Of a stretch of DNA of 64,000 bases, positions 13,885-26,318 are shown in pieces. Where the stretch lies: NCBI GenBank assembly GCA_964270895.1, contig OZ185437.1; one strand, given 5' to 3'. Positions within the stretch are counted from its first letter, which is position 1. The number at the start of each line of letters is the position of its first letter. This DNA comes from Podarcis filfolensis. Taxonomy: Eukaryota. The position numbers were made by a program, and so were the translations under genes. The notes below the pieces were generated by a model. It had not been told where the DNA came from and did not search any database. It was given only the letters and a program-made list of their open reading frames with translations.

Positions 13885-14530
13885 GCAATTCTTGAATATA
13901 TAGTTGTCCACTTGTCCATTTTAATTTGCAATCCACTTTTAGCTCAGTGATGAGTATGATGGAGTTTTAAGTAAATACAAAAAGAATGTGGAAAGTTTTT
14001 GGTTTGTTTTTTTCAAAAAGTGTTTACCTCCCAGGTCCCTTAAACATTTGCCCCTTCACAATTCATAGCAGTCAAGAATCAACTGGAAAAAAGCAAAGCT
14101 AAGAAAACAGAAAACAGAAAATCAATTTTTTGTTTGACACTCTCTGTTTTCTGATGGTGATGATGTGTGTGCGGAGCCAGACAACATTGTTATTTCAGTG
14201 ATGAATGAAAAGAATAGTTGCTGGCTTCAGTGGGATGAAAAAGTGCTTTGAAATGCTAATATAAGAAATAGAAGAGATGTGCAAAGTATTCATTATTGAT
14301 GATCATTCACTTATTAGTACAGTATCCATAAAGACTTTACTTCACCTTTAAAACTGCCTTTGAAATTCATTTTAAACCAAGCACAATACATGTGTACTCC
14401 CCCTTTTCCCTTTGTCGTTCTGAAAAGAGCACCAACATGTGATTGAAAGGTGTTTAACCAGATCTATTTTCAGTAGAGGCAAAGAAAAGGGATGTGCTGT
14501 AGGGAAGCAATGCTTACCTTTACCTGCACC

Positions 14531-14905
14531 TAGGGATGGGATAGAAATTTGATTCAATTCACACTTAAAGGCGAATCTACCCAATTCACAATTCCTGAAG
14601 CAATAAAACAAAGTGAAACACATCTATAGTTTGGGAGATCTGCTCATCTCGGGATTTTGCAGTGCAAAATTGACACAAGCAATGTGTACAGTTATGCATA
14701 TACTAGGGTAAAGTGTACATAAAAATGCATGTAAGTGAAAATAGCATATCTTAGGGAAAGCTGCATACAAAAATGTGTTAGGAAAAATCCACACTAAACT
14801 GCTAGTGAATTTTCATGAGGACTTTAAAAAAAATAATGGGGGAAAGGTGGAAAACCGGATTTGAGATTGAAAAAAATGAGAATTTGAGAGATCCGCTTTT
14901 CTCTA
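14531..14905. mobile_element. hAT(Ac)-like non-autonomous element, copy 2
   Basis: TAGGGATGGG start; shares the internal blocks (cacactaa...gaattttcatgagga...aaaaaatgagaa) with 5604-6031. Confidence 0.55.
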
Positions 14906-15120
14906 GATACAGATAACTTTCTGTCTCTTTCTGAAGGCAGCCCTGTATAGGGAATATTTCATTGTTTGATGTTTGATGAATCTTTTATATTTGTTTGAAG
15001 CCACACGGAGTAGCTGGGGCAACCCAGTCAGATGGGGGCGGGGGAGAAATATTAAAGTTGTTGTTGTTTATTTTCTTGGTTTATAACAATGTCCAAACAA
15101 TGTGTTTCTGTCCCTTTCAG

Positions 15121-15207
15121 ATAATCTTCTTCTGCTTCAAACATTTGCCAGCAGGGTGCGCTTCACCAGTGGTCGAGCTCTGCAGGGGATCACAGACCAC
15201 CTGTCAG
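15121..15207 (+). CDS. TOGARAM2: TOGARAM2 penultimate coding exon
   Basis: ccctttcag| acceptor; (D)NLLLLQTFASRVRFTSGRALQGITDHLS; G|gtaaca donor; 87 nt, phase 1 at both ends. Confidence 0.92.
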
Positions 15208-15372
15208 GTAACAAATGACTTCACTAAACTGCGGTACCCATGGCAATGAACAAAGCAATAGCTTGTATAACAGCAGGAGGCAGAGGGCTTCTTTCTTCAC
15301 AGTACAATTTCTTTTACTGTCGTTTACACCTTTTTGAAGTGGAAGTGAGGGCTGCTTCTTGTCTTGTCTTTA

Positions 15373-15374
<2 letters not shown>

Positions 15375-15419
<45 letters not shown>
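15375..15419. repeat. (TA)n microsatellite
   Basis: Direct reading. Confidence 0.95.
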
Positions 15420-15421
<2 letters not shown>

Positions 15422-15597
15422 CACTATACAGTTTACTGTTACATATGAAGCAGAAAACTGGTTTAATCATAAACTACCAACAAGGATATCAAATAAGAAT
15501 TTGTTTGCAAAGCCACATTAAATCACAGTTTCCTAGTTCAATTGTAATGAGAAACTGGTTTAAGAAACTGGAAGTTTTCTATTGTGGGTCATGAGGG

Positions 15598-15957
15598 AGG
15601 TAAAAGGCAAAGGTAAAGGACACCTGGACAGTTAAGTCCAATCAAAGGTGACTATGGGGTTCAGCACTCATCTTGCTTCAGGTCGAGGGAGCCGGTGTTT
15701 GTCCACAGACAGCTTTCTGGGTCATGTGGCCAGCATGACTAAACTGCTTCTGGCACAACAGGACAGCGTGACGAGTGCCATAGCGTACGGAAATGCCTTT
15801 TACCTTCCTGCCACAGTGATACCTATTTATCTACTTGTACTGGCATGCTTTCGAACTGTTAGGTTGGCAGGAGCTGGGAGAGAGCAAAGGGAGTTCACTC
15901 CGTTGCACGGATTCGAAACACTGACCTTCTGATCTACAAGCCCAAGAGGCTCAGTGG
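15598..15957 (-). mobile_element. Sauria (Squam1) SINE, near full length
   Basis: (AAAGGT)-like tail, then ggacacctggacagttaagtcc... body ending at ggctcagtgg; head slightly truncated. Confidence 0.9.
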
Positions 15958-17288
15958 GTACATTCATCCTCAATCAAACCAACCATTGTTTATTAGTTTC
16001 TTACATTCAAACTGGGTCACTTTTATGCACACACATGACAGAATAACCATTTCAGAAAGCACACCCATGCCTTTTAAATGTAAACTACAAAGCCACTTGC
16101 CACAGAAGCAGAAATTGTGACCACATTCCCAATGAACTTCTGATACTAGACCTGAGATCAGACTTTTTGTATTGTGACCCCACAGAACAGACTCAAGCCC
16201 CCAGACATGAAAGCAGCTCTCCTAATATCAAAGGTTTCAGTAAATTTTCCATCAGACATTTTGATTTTTGCAATCAACCTTTGACTCCAAAACTTGTTAA
16301 ATCATTCTTTGTGAGCCCCTGACCACATGGCAGGACTCAGAGCGCTTGTCGCTTCCTCATCAGATATCACCCAAAGGTCATTGGTGTCACAGGAGTTTGA
16401 CCCATCATGTACCCGTTAAGAGTTGCAGTCTGGGAATTTGATATGGCCATTTTAGACAGCTCAATACACGAAATAAATAACCAAGCCATCTATCATGGCA
16501 TAGGTCACTAAAACCCAACAGCGTTCTAGAGCTATATATTTCCTGAGGAAATGTAGCATCGAAGTCGCTGGTTTCTAAGAATGATGGTCACTTAAGACCA
16601 GGAGCTCTTCCATTTAGTAACATTTACCTAATGAGAAAAGTCATCTATTCTATCTATCATTTTCTGTACTCTGCTTCCAGAGACTATAGCCAAATGCATT
16701 TTTTATACAGTAAAAATGAACGGTAGTGGAAAAATTGAAGAGTTATCAGGCATTGGGGTGTAGGATGTATGTGTTTATGCTTACCTTATTAATTGTGAGA
16801 GGTGGAAAAAGCATCATAAGAGTAGCACAGTTCTCCGTGCACACAGGTCAGTAAGGAATGCCCGTGGGCCTATGCAATATTCTGGGGTCTCCTGAGTGTC
16901 CCAGGAAGTGTTGCTGGGCTAGAAACCTGCATGTAGAGAGCCTGGTGCTATCAGAAGGTGTAACCCCCTGACCTTCACTTCTGAAAAATTATTCTAAGTT
17001 TTCCTACCCCTGCCCTCTGGTGGGACATCTTTTATTTACCCGTCCCCCTCAAATGGCCAAAAATAGTTCTGACAAAAGGTTCACCCCTGCCCTAACTCCT
17101 TGCACAAGATGGCTATGCTTCTTGGATAACTAAAGCAACACTGGTACTGAGGCTCTGTGTATATTTAGGACAGTTTTCAGTGGGTATGTGCAGAGCCAGC
17201 GTCAAACGTCAGCATGATTGAGCATTGGCCAAGAGTCCACATCACAGAAAGGGGTCCCACTAACAAAAGCCCCCTGGACCCCCACTGA

Positions 17289-17732
<444 letters not shown>

Positions 17733-18075
17733 AGGAGACACAGTACCATCTCTGGGACAATCTACTGTTTGCCACTTCAAGAGAGATCAGAAAAAGAAGT
17801 TGCGGACAGTGATACAGTGCTTGCCATTATTTATGTTATTTTTGAATATAATAACTAACTATGAAGAGTTTATAGTAATATTCCACTATGGAAAGTGTAT
17901 ATAATATATTTTGCAGTAGAATTAAATCCCGTATTTTTCTAAATCTTAATTTCCGCAACTTTTGTCTCGTAGAGACTTACAAGTTATTATTTTAAAAAAT
18001 CTGTGTACAGTTGTAATTTTTATCTGTATAAAGCAAAGCACTTTATTTATGTAATAAATATGTGTCAAAGGAGGG
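17733..18075 (+). terminator. TOGARAM2: TOGARAM2 3'UTR with AATAAA poly(A) signal
   Basis: AU-rich stretch after the stop; AATAAA at 18053-18058; Pumilio-type TGTATATA at 17896-17903. Cleavage site is inferred. Confidence 0.55.
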
Positions 18076-18594
18076 AGCAAGGGTGACAGAGATGAACTTC
18101 AGTGGGCAACATGTTATACCATAGGGGGTTTGCCAATGCAATTGGACATGTTTTTGTCTTTTGGATTACATAGTGATCTGCGATTGATGGCCTGGGTGTT
18201 TCCTGTTTGTGTTCCTATTGCACCAGGTGCACATCCACCCCATACATTTACAGCACATGGCTACCCTCAAAGAACACTGGGAACTGTGATTTACCCCTCA
18301 CAGAGCTACAGCTCCCAGCACTCATGTCAAACTATAGTAGGAGGGCTTTCAAATGCAGTGGGCCTGACTTACCACATAAAGCAAGTGATTTAACATATAA
18401 TATTATATGTCCCTATAGGTAGAGTAGTGTCCGGTCTTGAAATCTGCCATCTACAGGATTCACACCCCATGAGCTCTCATAATTTGTGTGTTATGCCTGA
18501 GGCCTAATTCCCTCTGTGGTGGTAAACCCATACTTTGCAGACGGCAGGAGAGGCCTCATGTGACTAGATGTGTCTTCAAAGAAAAATATATAGC

Positions 18595-18595
18595 A

Positions 18596-18646
<51 letters not shown>

Positions 18647-18652
18647 AATAAA
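18595..18652. repeat. (AAT)n(AAAT)n compound microsatellite at an L2-type tail
   Basis: Direct reading. Adjoins accccacccatctgactgggtttccccagcca, a tail fragment also seen at about 1425, 15010 and 63385. Confidence 0.9.
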
Positions 18653-18766
18653 TTATTTGTACCCCACCCATCTGACTGGGTTTCCCCAGCCATTCTGGGC
18701 AGCTTCCAACAAAGATTAGAAATACATTAAAATGAAGCAGTAAGGAGAAGTGCATGTTTTTGCTTT

Positions 18767-19153
18767 TGTTATGGAGAACATTTCAGTCATGTGCTTTCAG
18801 GAGTGCATGCAGGAGCCGGGCCCTGTGACTGGTAGAGCCTCGCAGGATTGGGGCCTTCCTGAGTTTGGCCTGGAAGGGCAAGGTGCAGCCGCACAGGTGA
18901 GGCTTGACAGAAGACTTGTAGCACCTGTGGCAAGGGCCGGGAGGGGTATATAAGACCAGCATTTCCCCTTGGCTCTTCGCCACGGCAACATGCTACCCAC
19001 CTAGCTGTGCTTCGGCTTCCTGACGCCTGGTATCCTGACTCTTGGACCCTTGGCTTCCTGACCCCTGGACTGCTGATTCCTGCTTCCCGACCTCTACCCC
19101 GGTCCCAACGTACCAAGCCGGGACTCCGACTGCCCGTAACCCGGACCGTGACA
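18767..19153 (+). mobile_element. Probable Gypsy-type solo LTR
   Basis: TGTTATGG...CCGTGACA termini, TATATAA at about 18948, pyrimidine-rich U5-like end. No TSD found; left boundary uncertain. Confidence 0.5.
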
Positions 19154-20132
19154 TGCGCGCTCTCCAGCCTGAAGTTTGAAATGGTACCAGTTTATCACCT
19201 TGGTGAGAACTTGGCCTTTGGCAAGGAACTCGGGGAAACCTTTATAATCTGATGCCAGTTGGGTAGAATATGTGGTGTCAGATGGCAGTTGACTCATTGT
19301 ACTATTGGGACCAGATTCTCATACCTACTTCTGATAAGGTCTAATTGCCACAGACTATTCTTATTTTTATCCTTCAGGTACAGATTAGAAGGATTGTCAC
19401 AATCCTAGTGTGGTTGACTGGTGATGGAACCAGCAGCTCCATTCCTGTTCATCTCGTGATGCTCCAGCATGCAAGTCATGTGTGATGTGAGGGGATGTTG
19501 TATTTTTTTTTGTAATACTACATTCACATGGCATAATGAAAAAACAAACACCAAGTCAATAAAACTGCTAGCACATTTGGAAAGCTAAGCAGGGTCTGGT
19601 ATGGTTTCAAACTGGATGGGGGATGAGATTCCTGCATTGCAGGGGGTTGGACTGGATAACCTTTGGGATCTCTCCCAACTCTACAATTCAATGATTCTAA
19701 GTCCTGAAAATAAGTTCTGTGAACTAGGTAGCTCACTTGAAAAGTTTGCATTTGGAAGTGGTAGCTTTGCAGTGTAAGACCAAAGGAACAGCATTCCAGG
19801 AGCACTCTAGTCACATGAAACTGAGGAGCAGAAGCCACCTCATGGTGATGGTAACACTTCAGAAGTAGCTATTGCCACTAGGCCTCGCACGACTGTTTTG
19901 AGGTGGGTGTTGAAGTTCTGGCAAAGCTACTGCTAACTTCTTTATTTGTTTGATTATTTGTGTTGTGACCAGTTATACGACAGAGACTTTACCTCCCCAC
20001 TCAGCTCACTTCACCATGCCAAGCTGAGGTATTTAGCCGTCACTTCAAAGCAGTTCTGTCAGCCTTGGACAAAAACTGTCCAAAGAAATCATTCCTAAGT
20101 AGAGAGGAGGAAGGGAAATAAATTAGAGGGCT

Positions 20133-20292
20133 AGAGCACAGGAAGTCAGCTTATATCAAGTCAGGCAGTTACTCCATCTAGCTCAATATCGTTTACACCG
20201 ACTGGCAGCTGGTCTCTAGGGTTTCAGTCAAAAGTCTTTCCCAGCCCTACTTAGGGATACTGGGGATTGAAACAGATCTTTTGCATGCAAAG
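20133..20292 (-). mobile_element. Squam2-type SINE fragment
   Basis: Matches the recalled Squam2 body (gaaaccctggagag...gagctagatgga...cagcttcct). Other fragments on + at 35113-35180, 35823-35926 (tRNA head) and 60610-60705. Confidence 0.65.
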
Positions 20293-20325
20293 TTTCTACT
20301 GTGACCCTTTCTGCAGGTTGTGATA

Positions 20326-20802
20326 CCCTGTTTTCCCGAAAATAAGACAGTGTCTTATATTATTTTTTGCTCCCAAAGATGCGCTAGGTCTTATTTTCAG
20401 GGGATGTCTTATTTCTCCATGAAGAAGAATACAGTACACATTTATTGTCTAATTGTGAGTCAGCCAGACTCTGTCAGGGCAGAGCGAGCACCAGGTGGCA
20501 ACTTGTCCTGGCGGCGGCACGGGCTCTCTCATTTAAAGAGACTTCACACTGCCTGAACAGCTCCATCTGCGCTGCGGCCAATCAGTGAGCTGTACGGCGG
20601 CGCCCGCCGCTATGGTCCAGAGGAGTCAGAAGACGCCTTACGGTAGCTTTGGGGGCCTTATATTTCGGGGAGGCCTTATGTTCGAGGGAGGCTTTATTAT
20701 TGGGGAGGTCTTATTTTGGGGGGATGCCTTATATTACAGCGAGAGGCAAAACTGGAAGTAGGTCTTATTTTCGAGGGATGTCTTCCTTTCGGGGAAACAG
20801 GG
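20326..20802. mobile_element. Tc2/Kanga-like MITE A
   Basis: TIRs CCCTGTTT(T/C)CCCGAAA(AT/GG)AAGACA, TA flanks, subterminal repeated GTCTTATTTTCGGGG motifs. Confidence 0.8.
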
Positions 20803-21389
20803 TATGTATGGCCATCTGAAAATACAAAGAAATATATTTTAAAGAAGTATTTGGACCTAAAAATAGTCTGTGAGAGGAGAGAACCTGGAATATTATATTA
20901 CACACACAGTGCTTTTTTCTGGGGGGCTGCAGGGGTACACATACCCCTAAACATTTTATGAATCTTTGTACTTTTGTCCATTTACTGTATTTATTTTCCC
21001 TGATTTGAACTATAAAATAGTGATTTTCTTGAGTCAAAATGAGAGTACCTCTAAAGGCCACACACGAATCAAGTCACTCAAAGACAAGCATGAGTCTCAA
21101 TAGTTTTTGTTTTCATCTGAGATGATGCAGTATGTTGCTGTTTTCTTTGTAGTCCTCTGAACTCACCACTGCTCCCTTAACAGTGAAGTCATCATTGCGT
21201 AACTTTCTTTGGTAATGTGGCAAAGAGGTTTGGAAAACATGGAATTCTCTGAGGTTCCCTCCACCTTGAAACAGCAGCATTCTGCAAGGACTCTGGAACT
21301 TCCAGGGACTCATTCCAATAGACGATTGTAAACAAGACCATTGTGGAGTATAGTGATTGCGGTGATTTTCCGAAATGCTCTGGAGCAGT

Positions 21390-21566
21390 AAGAGCTGTGG
21401 AACAGACTCCTTTGGGAAGTGGTGGACTCTCATTTCTTGGAAGTCTTTAAGCAGAGGTTGGATGGCCATCTGCCATGGATGCTTTAGTTGAGATTCCTGC
21501 ATTGCAGGGGGTTGGACTAGATGACTCTTGGGGTCCCTTCCAACTCTACAATTTTATGATTCTATG
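21390..21566 (+). mobile_element. CR1 3'-terminal fragment
   Basis: cagaggttggatggccatctg...gttgagattcctgcattgcagggggttggactagatg...ccaactctacaattttatgattctatg; sister fragments at 19624-19699 and 45463-45604. Confidence 0.8.
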
Positions 21567-22933
21567 GTCTACATTGGGATCTGCTGCCTGAGATGGTTGC
21601 CTCATTTTGGAATGTGCCACGGGCTATATACATACCTTACTTTTAAAACACATCCCCTGCAGCAATCCCAGTAACTATAATTTACCTCTCACAGAGCTAC
21701 CATTCTCATCAACCTTAACAATCTACAGCTCCCATGATTCTTTTGTGTATGTGTGCACTTTAAACATTTTCTGGAATAATAATAATAATAATAATAATAT
21801 TTATTTATTCCCGCCCTCCCCGGCCAAAGCTGGGCTCAGAGCGGCCAACAACAAGTAAAAATAGCAGTGTACATAAAATCACACAGTCAATTAATTAAAA
21901 TACATTCTAAAATCAATTCAGAATCATATTAATAGCAACCATTGAGCTACAGTTCTATGAAGATTACAGAAGCAGAAGTGGAGGAATTAAGGGATGTGCC
22001 TTTCCTTAATTATTCTACAAAGCAGGGATGAGAAACCTGTGACCCTCCATATAATGTTTGACTACAGCTCCCTTCATCCCTGATCATTGTCCATGCTGGC
22101 TGTGACTGATGGGAAATGGAGTCCACCAGCATTTGGAAAGATTGTTGAAATTACTGATTGGGGTATTAAAAAGCCGGCATGCAACTGACAGAAGGGGGAT
22201 AAATTTGGTTCATCTTGCATATCTACACCTCCCAAAGCAGCAAGGAGCCTCAGTTAAATCTGGTACACAGCCCTAATAAATGAGAACACTCTCATTATAG
22301 CTCATTATAGTCATAGTACCAGAACTCAAGGAAAAAGAAAAGAGAGCAGGAAACTGGGATAAAAACTCAGCTGAGAGTTCTCATTTTAGGTTGTCGTATA
22401 AAGTGAACCTTGGAGCTTCATGATAAACACAGAGGAGTATTTCACAGAGAAAGCACTTCTATTTTTCTCTTTAATTAAATAGGGATGCTGGTGGCAAGAG
22501 CAGTATTTGCTAATTCCTGACCAGCTGACTCTGAATTTGGATACCTTAATCCAGGCATAGATGTCAATTTGTTTGGGTCACAGCTTGGAAAAGGCCTACA
22601 AATAAAACGGCAGGTCGTTTGAATGTTTGGTACTTTGCCACATACTTGAAAAGCTCCCTATATTGGCAGCATCACCTTTCTAGAGCCCTGAGGTAATCGG
22701 GTTAGAAATAAAGAACATTTCAAGTGCCTGAGCCTGATCTAATATACCTGTTCTGGGAATAATAAATTAAAGACTTTATTGTGCTCCATATACTTTAATG
22801 GATAGGCATAGCTGTTGTTACATCATATCCTCAGGGATTTCCATACACCGTGTTCCTAACTGCATTCCATCCTTTGAGAATATCTGGCAAGGCACGATCC
22901 AATACCCTTCCTCTTAAATTCAACATACATATG

Positions 22934-23065
22934 CAGTTCTACTTTTCTAGAAAAAGAGGTGCCGGAACTCACCATGAACGCCTCCCCTGTTCTCTTATAA
23001 TGGCAACGGCACCTGAGAGTTGCTGGAACAGAGTTCCAGCGAGTTCCAGCTGAAAAAAAGCCCTG
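22934..23065. mobile_element. Short hAT-like MITE
   Basis: CAG-(T-rich)...GAAAAAAAGCCCTG ends; degenerate 8-bp TSD tacatatg/catatatg. Confidence 0.55.
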
Positions 23066-23878
23066 CATATATGTACAGGTAGGAAGAAGCATGGGAGTCC
23101 ACAGCTTTTTTCCCCAGAGAGCTGCAATATAAATATTCCAAATAAATAAACACACAAGGCATATCAAGTCTACTATTTCTGGGTCACCTGGTGACAGAGC
23201 AGTGGCAAGGCCTAGGTAGACCTAGCCTCTAAGAAACTTGTATTCCAGGTTTCTTCATCCATGGTTCCTCAGTGGGCAAAGCTGTTGTCTATCGGCAAGT
23301 AGACCTGGCTCTAGATGTCCTTTCCTGCTAAAACCCTCAATTATTTTCCCTTGTCTCCCTTCATCAGCCACTGCAGCACTCTCAGAGAGAAGTTTATTTC
23401 CATCTCCCCTCTGTTCAGAATAGATGGGATGGCAGGTGCGTAACCTTGGCATCCAGTTAAATGTGGGCATGTTGTTCAATGTTGGAGAAGCTGAACCAGG
23501 GCAGACAGGAAATGAGCAGGAAGAGCAGGTCTTTAGTGCACCGTCAATTTCTGAAGCGATACGTATTAAGGTTTTTTTCAGGTGCCATAGGATGTACTGG
23601 TGGGTACACTACTGACTTCTGATTCTTATGATGGTTTGTAAGTAGCCATTAAATAATATATAAATACAAGTGGGGCCTGTAATAAAATGGTGCAGTGTGA
23701 AGTGCTCCTGTTCAGGATGCCAGCCAGCCACCAGAGCTTCTTCAGAATACTCCATTCCATCCCCGCATTCCCCAACAAACACTCAGAGTTCTGTGGTCGC
23801 TGAGCAGTCTTTGGGCCAATTGGGTCCTTTTTTCAAAGTATTTTTTTCTACTTGTGCAAACTTTGGGGTTCTCCAGAG

Positions 23879-24068
23879 CATAGGAGCCAACTCCCAAGGG
23901 ACCATGTGGGCTTCGGCCCCCACAATAAAATATTTGAGGGGACTCCCCCCCAAGTTGATGGGCACTCCCATTCAAATGGTGTGTGTGTGCACTGCATTAT
24001 GTGGTCGATTATGCAGGACAGGGCTTACCTGGGCCCCCCACAATATTTTATTCAAGTTGGCACCCCTG
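23879..24068. mobile_element. hAT-like MITE
   Basis: CATAGGAGCCAACT / AGTTGGCACCCCTG inverted ends; 8-bp TSD ctccagag/ttccagat (6/8). Related fragment at about 28680-28808. Confidence 0.6.
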
Positions 24069-25883
24069 TTCCAGATCATGTCTACATCCCTCTTGTTTCC
24101 CAGTGGCTCATCACAGCTCAACGTGTGATATATATGGTGTTTTAATTTTGTTTGTCTGAAGTTCTGTTATGCCTGCTTCAGTATCCATGAAAAAAGCAAT
24201 GCTTTGTGCAGGTTGGATTTTCAACTTTTTAAAAGTATAATAAATCCATGTATTTTAAAAAGGACTTTTGAAAATGTAAAGTCTTCCCTCTAACTTGCAC
24301 TCATAAAATGTTCTCTCTCTCTCTCTCATTGTGCTCCTTTGACCTGGGTAGTCAGTTTAATATAGAGTCATAATCTACTGCTTCCTCTGCGGCAAACCCA
24401 GTATGAACTACGACCCCAGTTATCAAGCATTACCAGAAAAAGATCAGTCAGTGACAGTCAGGGCAGTTGTTGGCTGGCAAGAGTTCTGAACCATCTCAAG
24501 TTGCATCTGCCTCTACTGGAGTCAAGGCTGTTGACAAACAGAGTGTTCCACTTTCCACTCCATCTCACTAGTTTGACCTTTGCGAGGCCAGAGGGAGCAG
24601 CACTTGGTATATATACACAGAACATAGAAAAATCCACTGTCGGAGAAGCTAAGAGGCCCTTGAGTTTGCAGCCTGTCCTAAATTCTCCGAGCTTTTCTTC
24701 TTGTGCCACTACATCACTTGTTATTTTTGAATACAAGCGAAAGGGAATTAAACATTCCTTTACAATGAGTTCCCTAAAAATAGAACAGAACAGAACCTCC
24801 TGCGTAGTTTTAAATTGCCAGTACAAAGGACTTTGTGTGCTGTCTTGAATTCTTTGCCTTGAATTCTGTGCATGGACGGTGGGATATGATTTTTTTTTTT
24901 TAATGCAGATCATAAAGCTGTTGATAAATGTAGAGCAATGGTTGCCAGTCTGGTGCCTACTGGTGCCCGCGTGCCCACCAATAGCTCTTGTGGTACCCAT
25001 GAAAGGTCTCAGGAAATGCCTCCTCAAAAACCCACAATGTAAGGGAGACCTTTTGCTCTTTCTGCTCAGTTTCTGTTTTCACTGGCTCGGTATGGGATAC
25101 CAGGACTGGACACTCTCCCACCCTAGTGCTCTGAACAGAAGAGAGGTGCAAAGAGCTGCTCTCTGAATGAGCATGGCAGTGGCTGATGCAGAGGCCTTTT
25201 CCCCCTAATCGTGGGGGTGGCTGATATGAGCGAATGTTTGCACCATCCTATTGCTTTCTGTCTTTCAAAAGATTTCAAAATTTATTTTTAAATAGCATCT
25301 CTTCCTTTGCAATACATTGTTTTTTAAACAATGATACACAAGCAGCCATATCCAGCACCATCATAGATCTACAAATAAATTACAAACACCATTACTGATT
25401 CACTTGTTCTGTTGTCCAACATCTGCCTGCTTTTTTCTTCTCACTTTTATTGTGACTATTAAATTAGAATTGCATACATAAAGGGGGGGGGACAGTTCAG
25501 CTGAAAGAAAACAAAATCAAATCCTGTTTGGGCTTGGGAAAGACAATGATTCTCATGGCAATATTGTATAAAGAGGGATCAACATCCCCAGAATCCATTC
25601 CTTCTGTCTCCTGATGCTTTCCCCCTTAAATAAGAAGTAAATTTAGCCAGCTTAACAAAGTGTCCCCCCCTTAATTCAACCAATCTTTCTGCTCTTTTAG
25701 ATGTCGCTGGTGCTCACAGCACTTCTCAAAATTCCAGATGTGCCCACTGGGCAAAAGGTTGGAGACCCATGCTATAGAAGGCAGGTGCCTAGGATGAATT
25801 ACACTGAGAGGCTGGCCAAGTGGACCATGTGAAGATCACAAGTGAGATTGATGCCAGAGAGGAGGGATGGAGTTTATTTTATA

Positions 25884-25884
<1 letters not shown>

Positions 25885-25925
<41 letters not shown>
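25885..25925. repeat. (CA)n microsatellite
   Basis: Direct reading. Confidence 0.95.
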
Positions 25926-25927
<2 letters not shown>

Positions 25928-26074
25928 CAAATGTGCATTTGGACCCTGAGAAATTCAATTGAAATTGCATAGTGCTTTCTACAGTCCTTCACCTACACTG
26001 TCTGTTGATGTGGTTTGTTTTGAACCTTGAGAGCCCTTTTCAAATGCTCAGTAACACATAGATGGGAGGCACAT

Positions 26075-26318
26075 TGTTATGTATTGAAGTTCTCACCCTG
26101 GCCACCAGGAGTATTGTGTATGTAGTTTTCACTCAGGTCCACGTCAGTTACTTTAGGCGGGAAACCCTAGGTTGTTGTTGCTACAATGTTGACAGCTGGC
26201 TGCCTATAAAAGCAGGCCGGCTGAGCCGTTTGCTGTTCAGTTCTGTTCCAGCTTACAAATAAAGAGCTGCTTTGGAGAAATCGCTGCGTTGTCTGCTATG
26301 TCTACCCACTATTTAACA
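26075..26318 (+). mobile_element. Solo LTR (244 bp), intact
   Basis: TGTTA...TAACA termini, perfect 5-bp TSD CACAT, TATAAAA at about 26205, AATAAA at 26258-26263. Confidence 0.85.
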
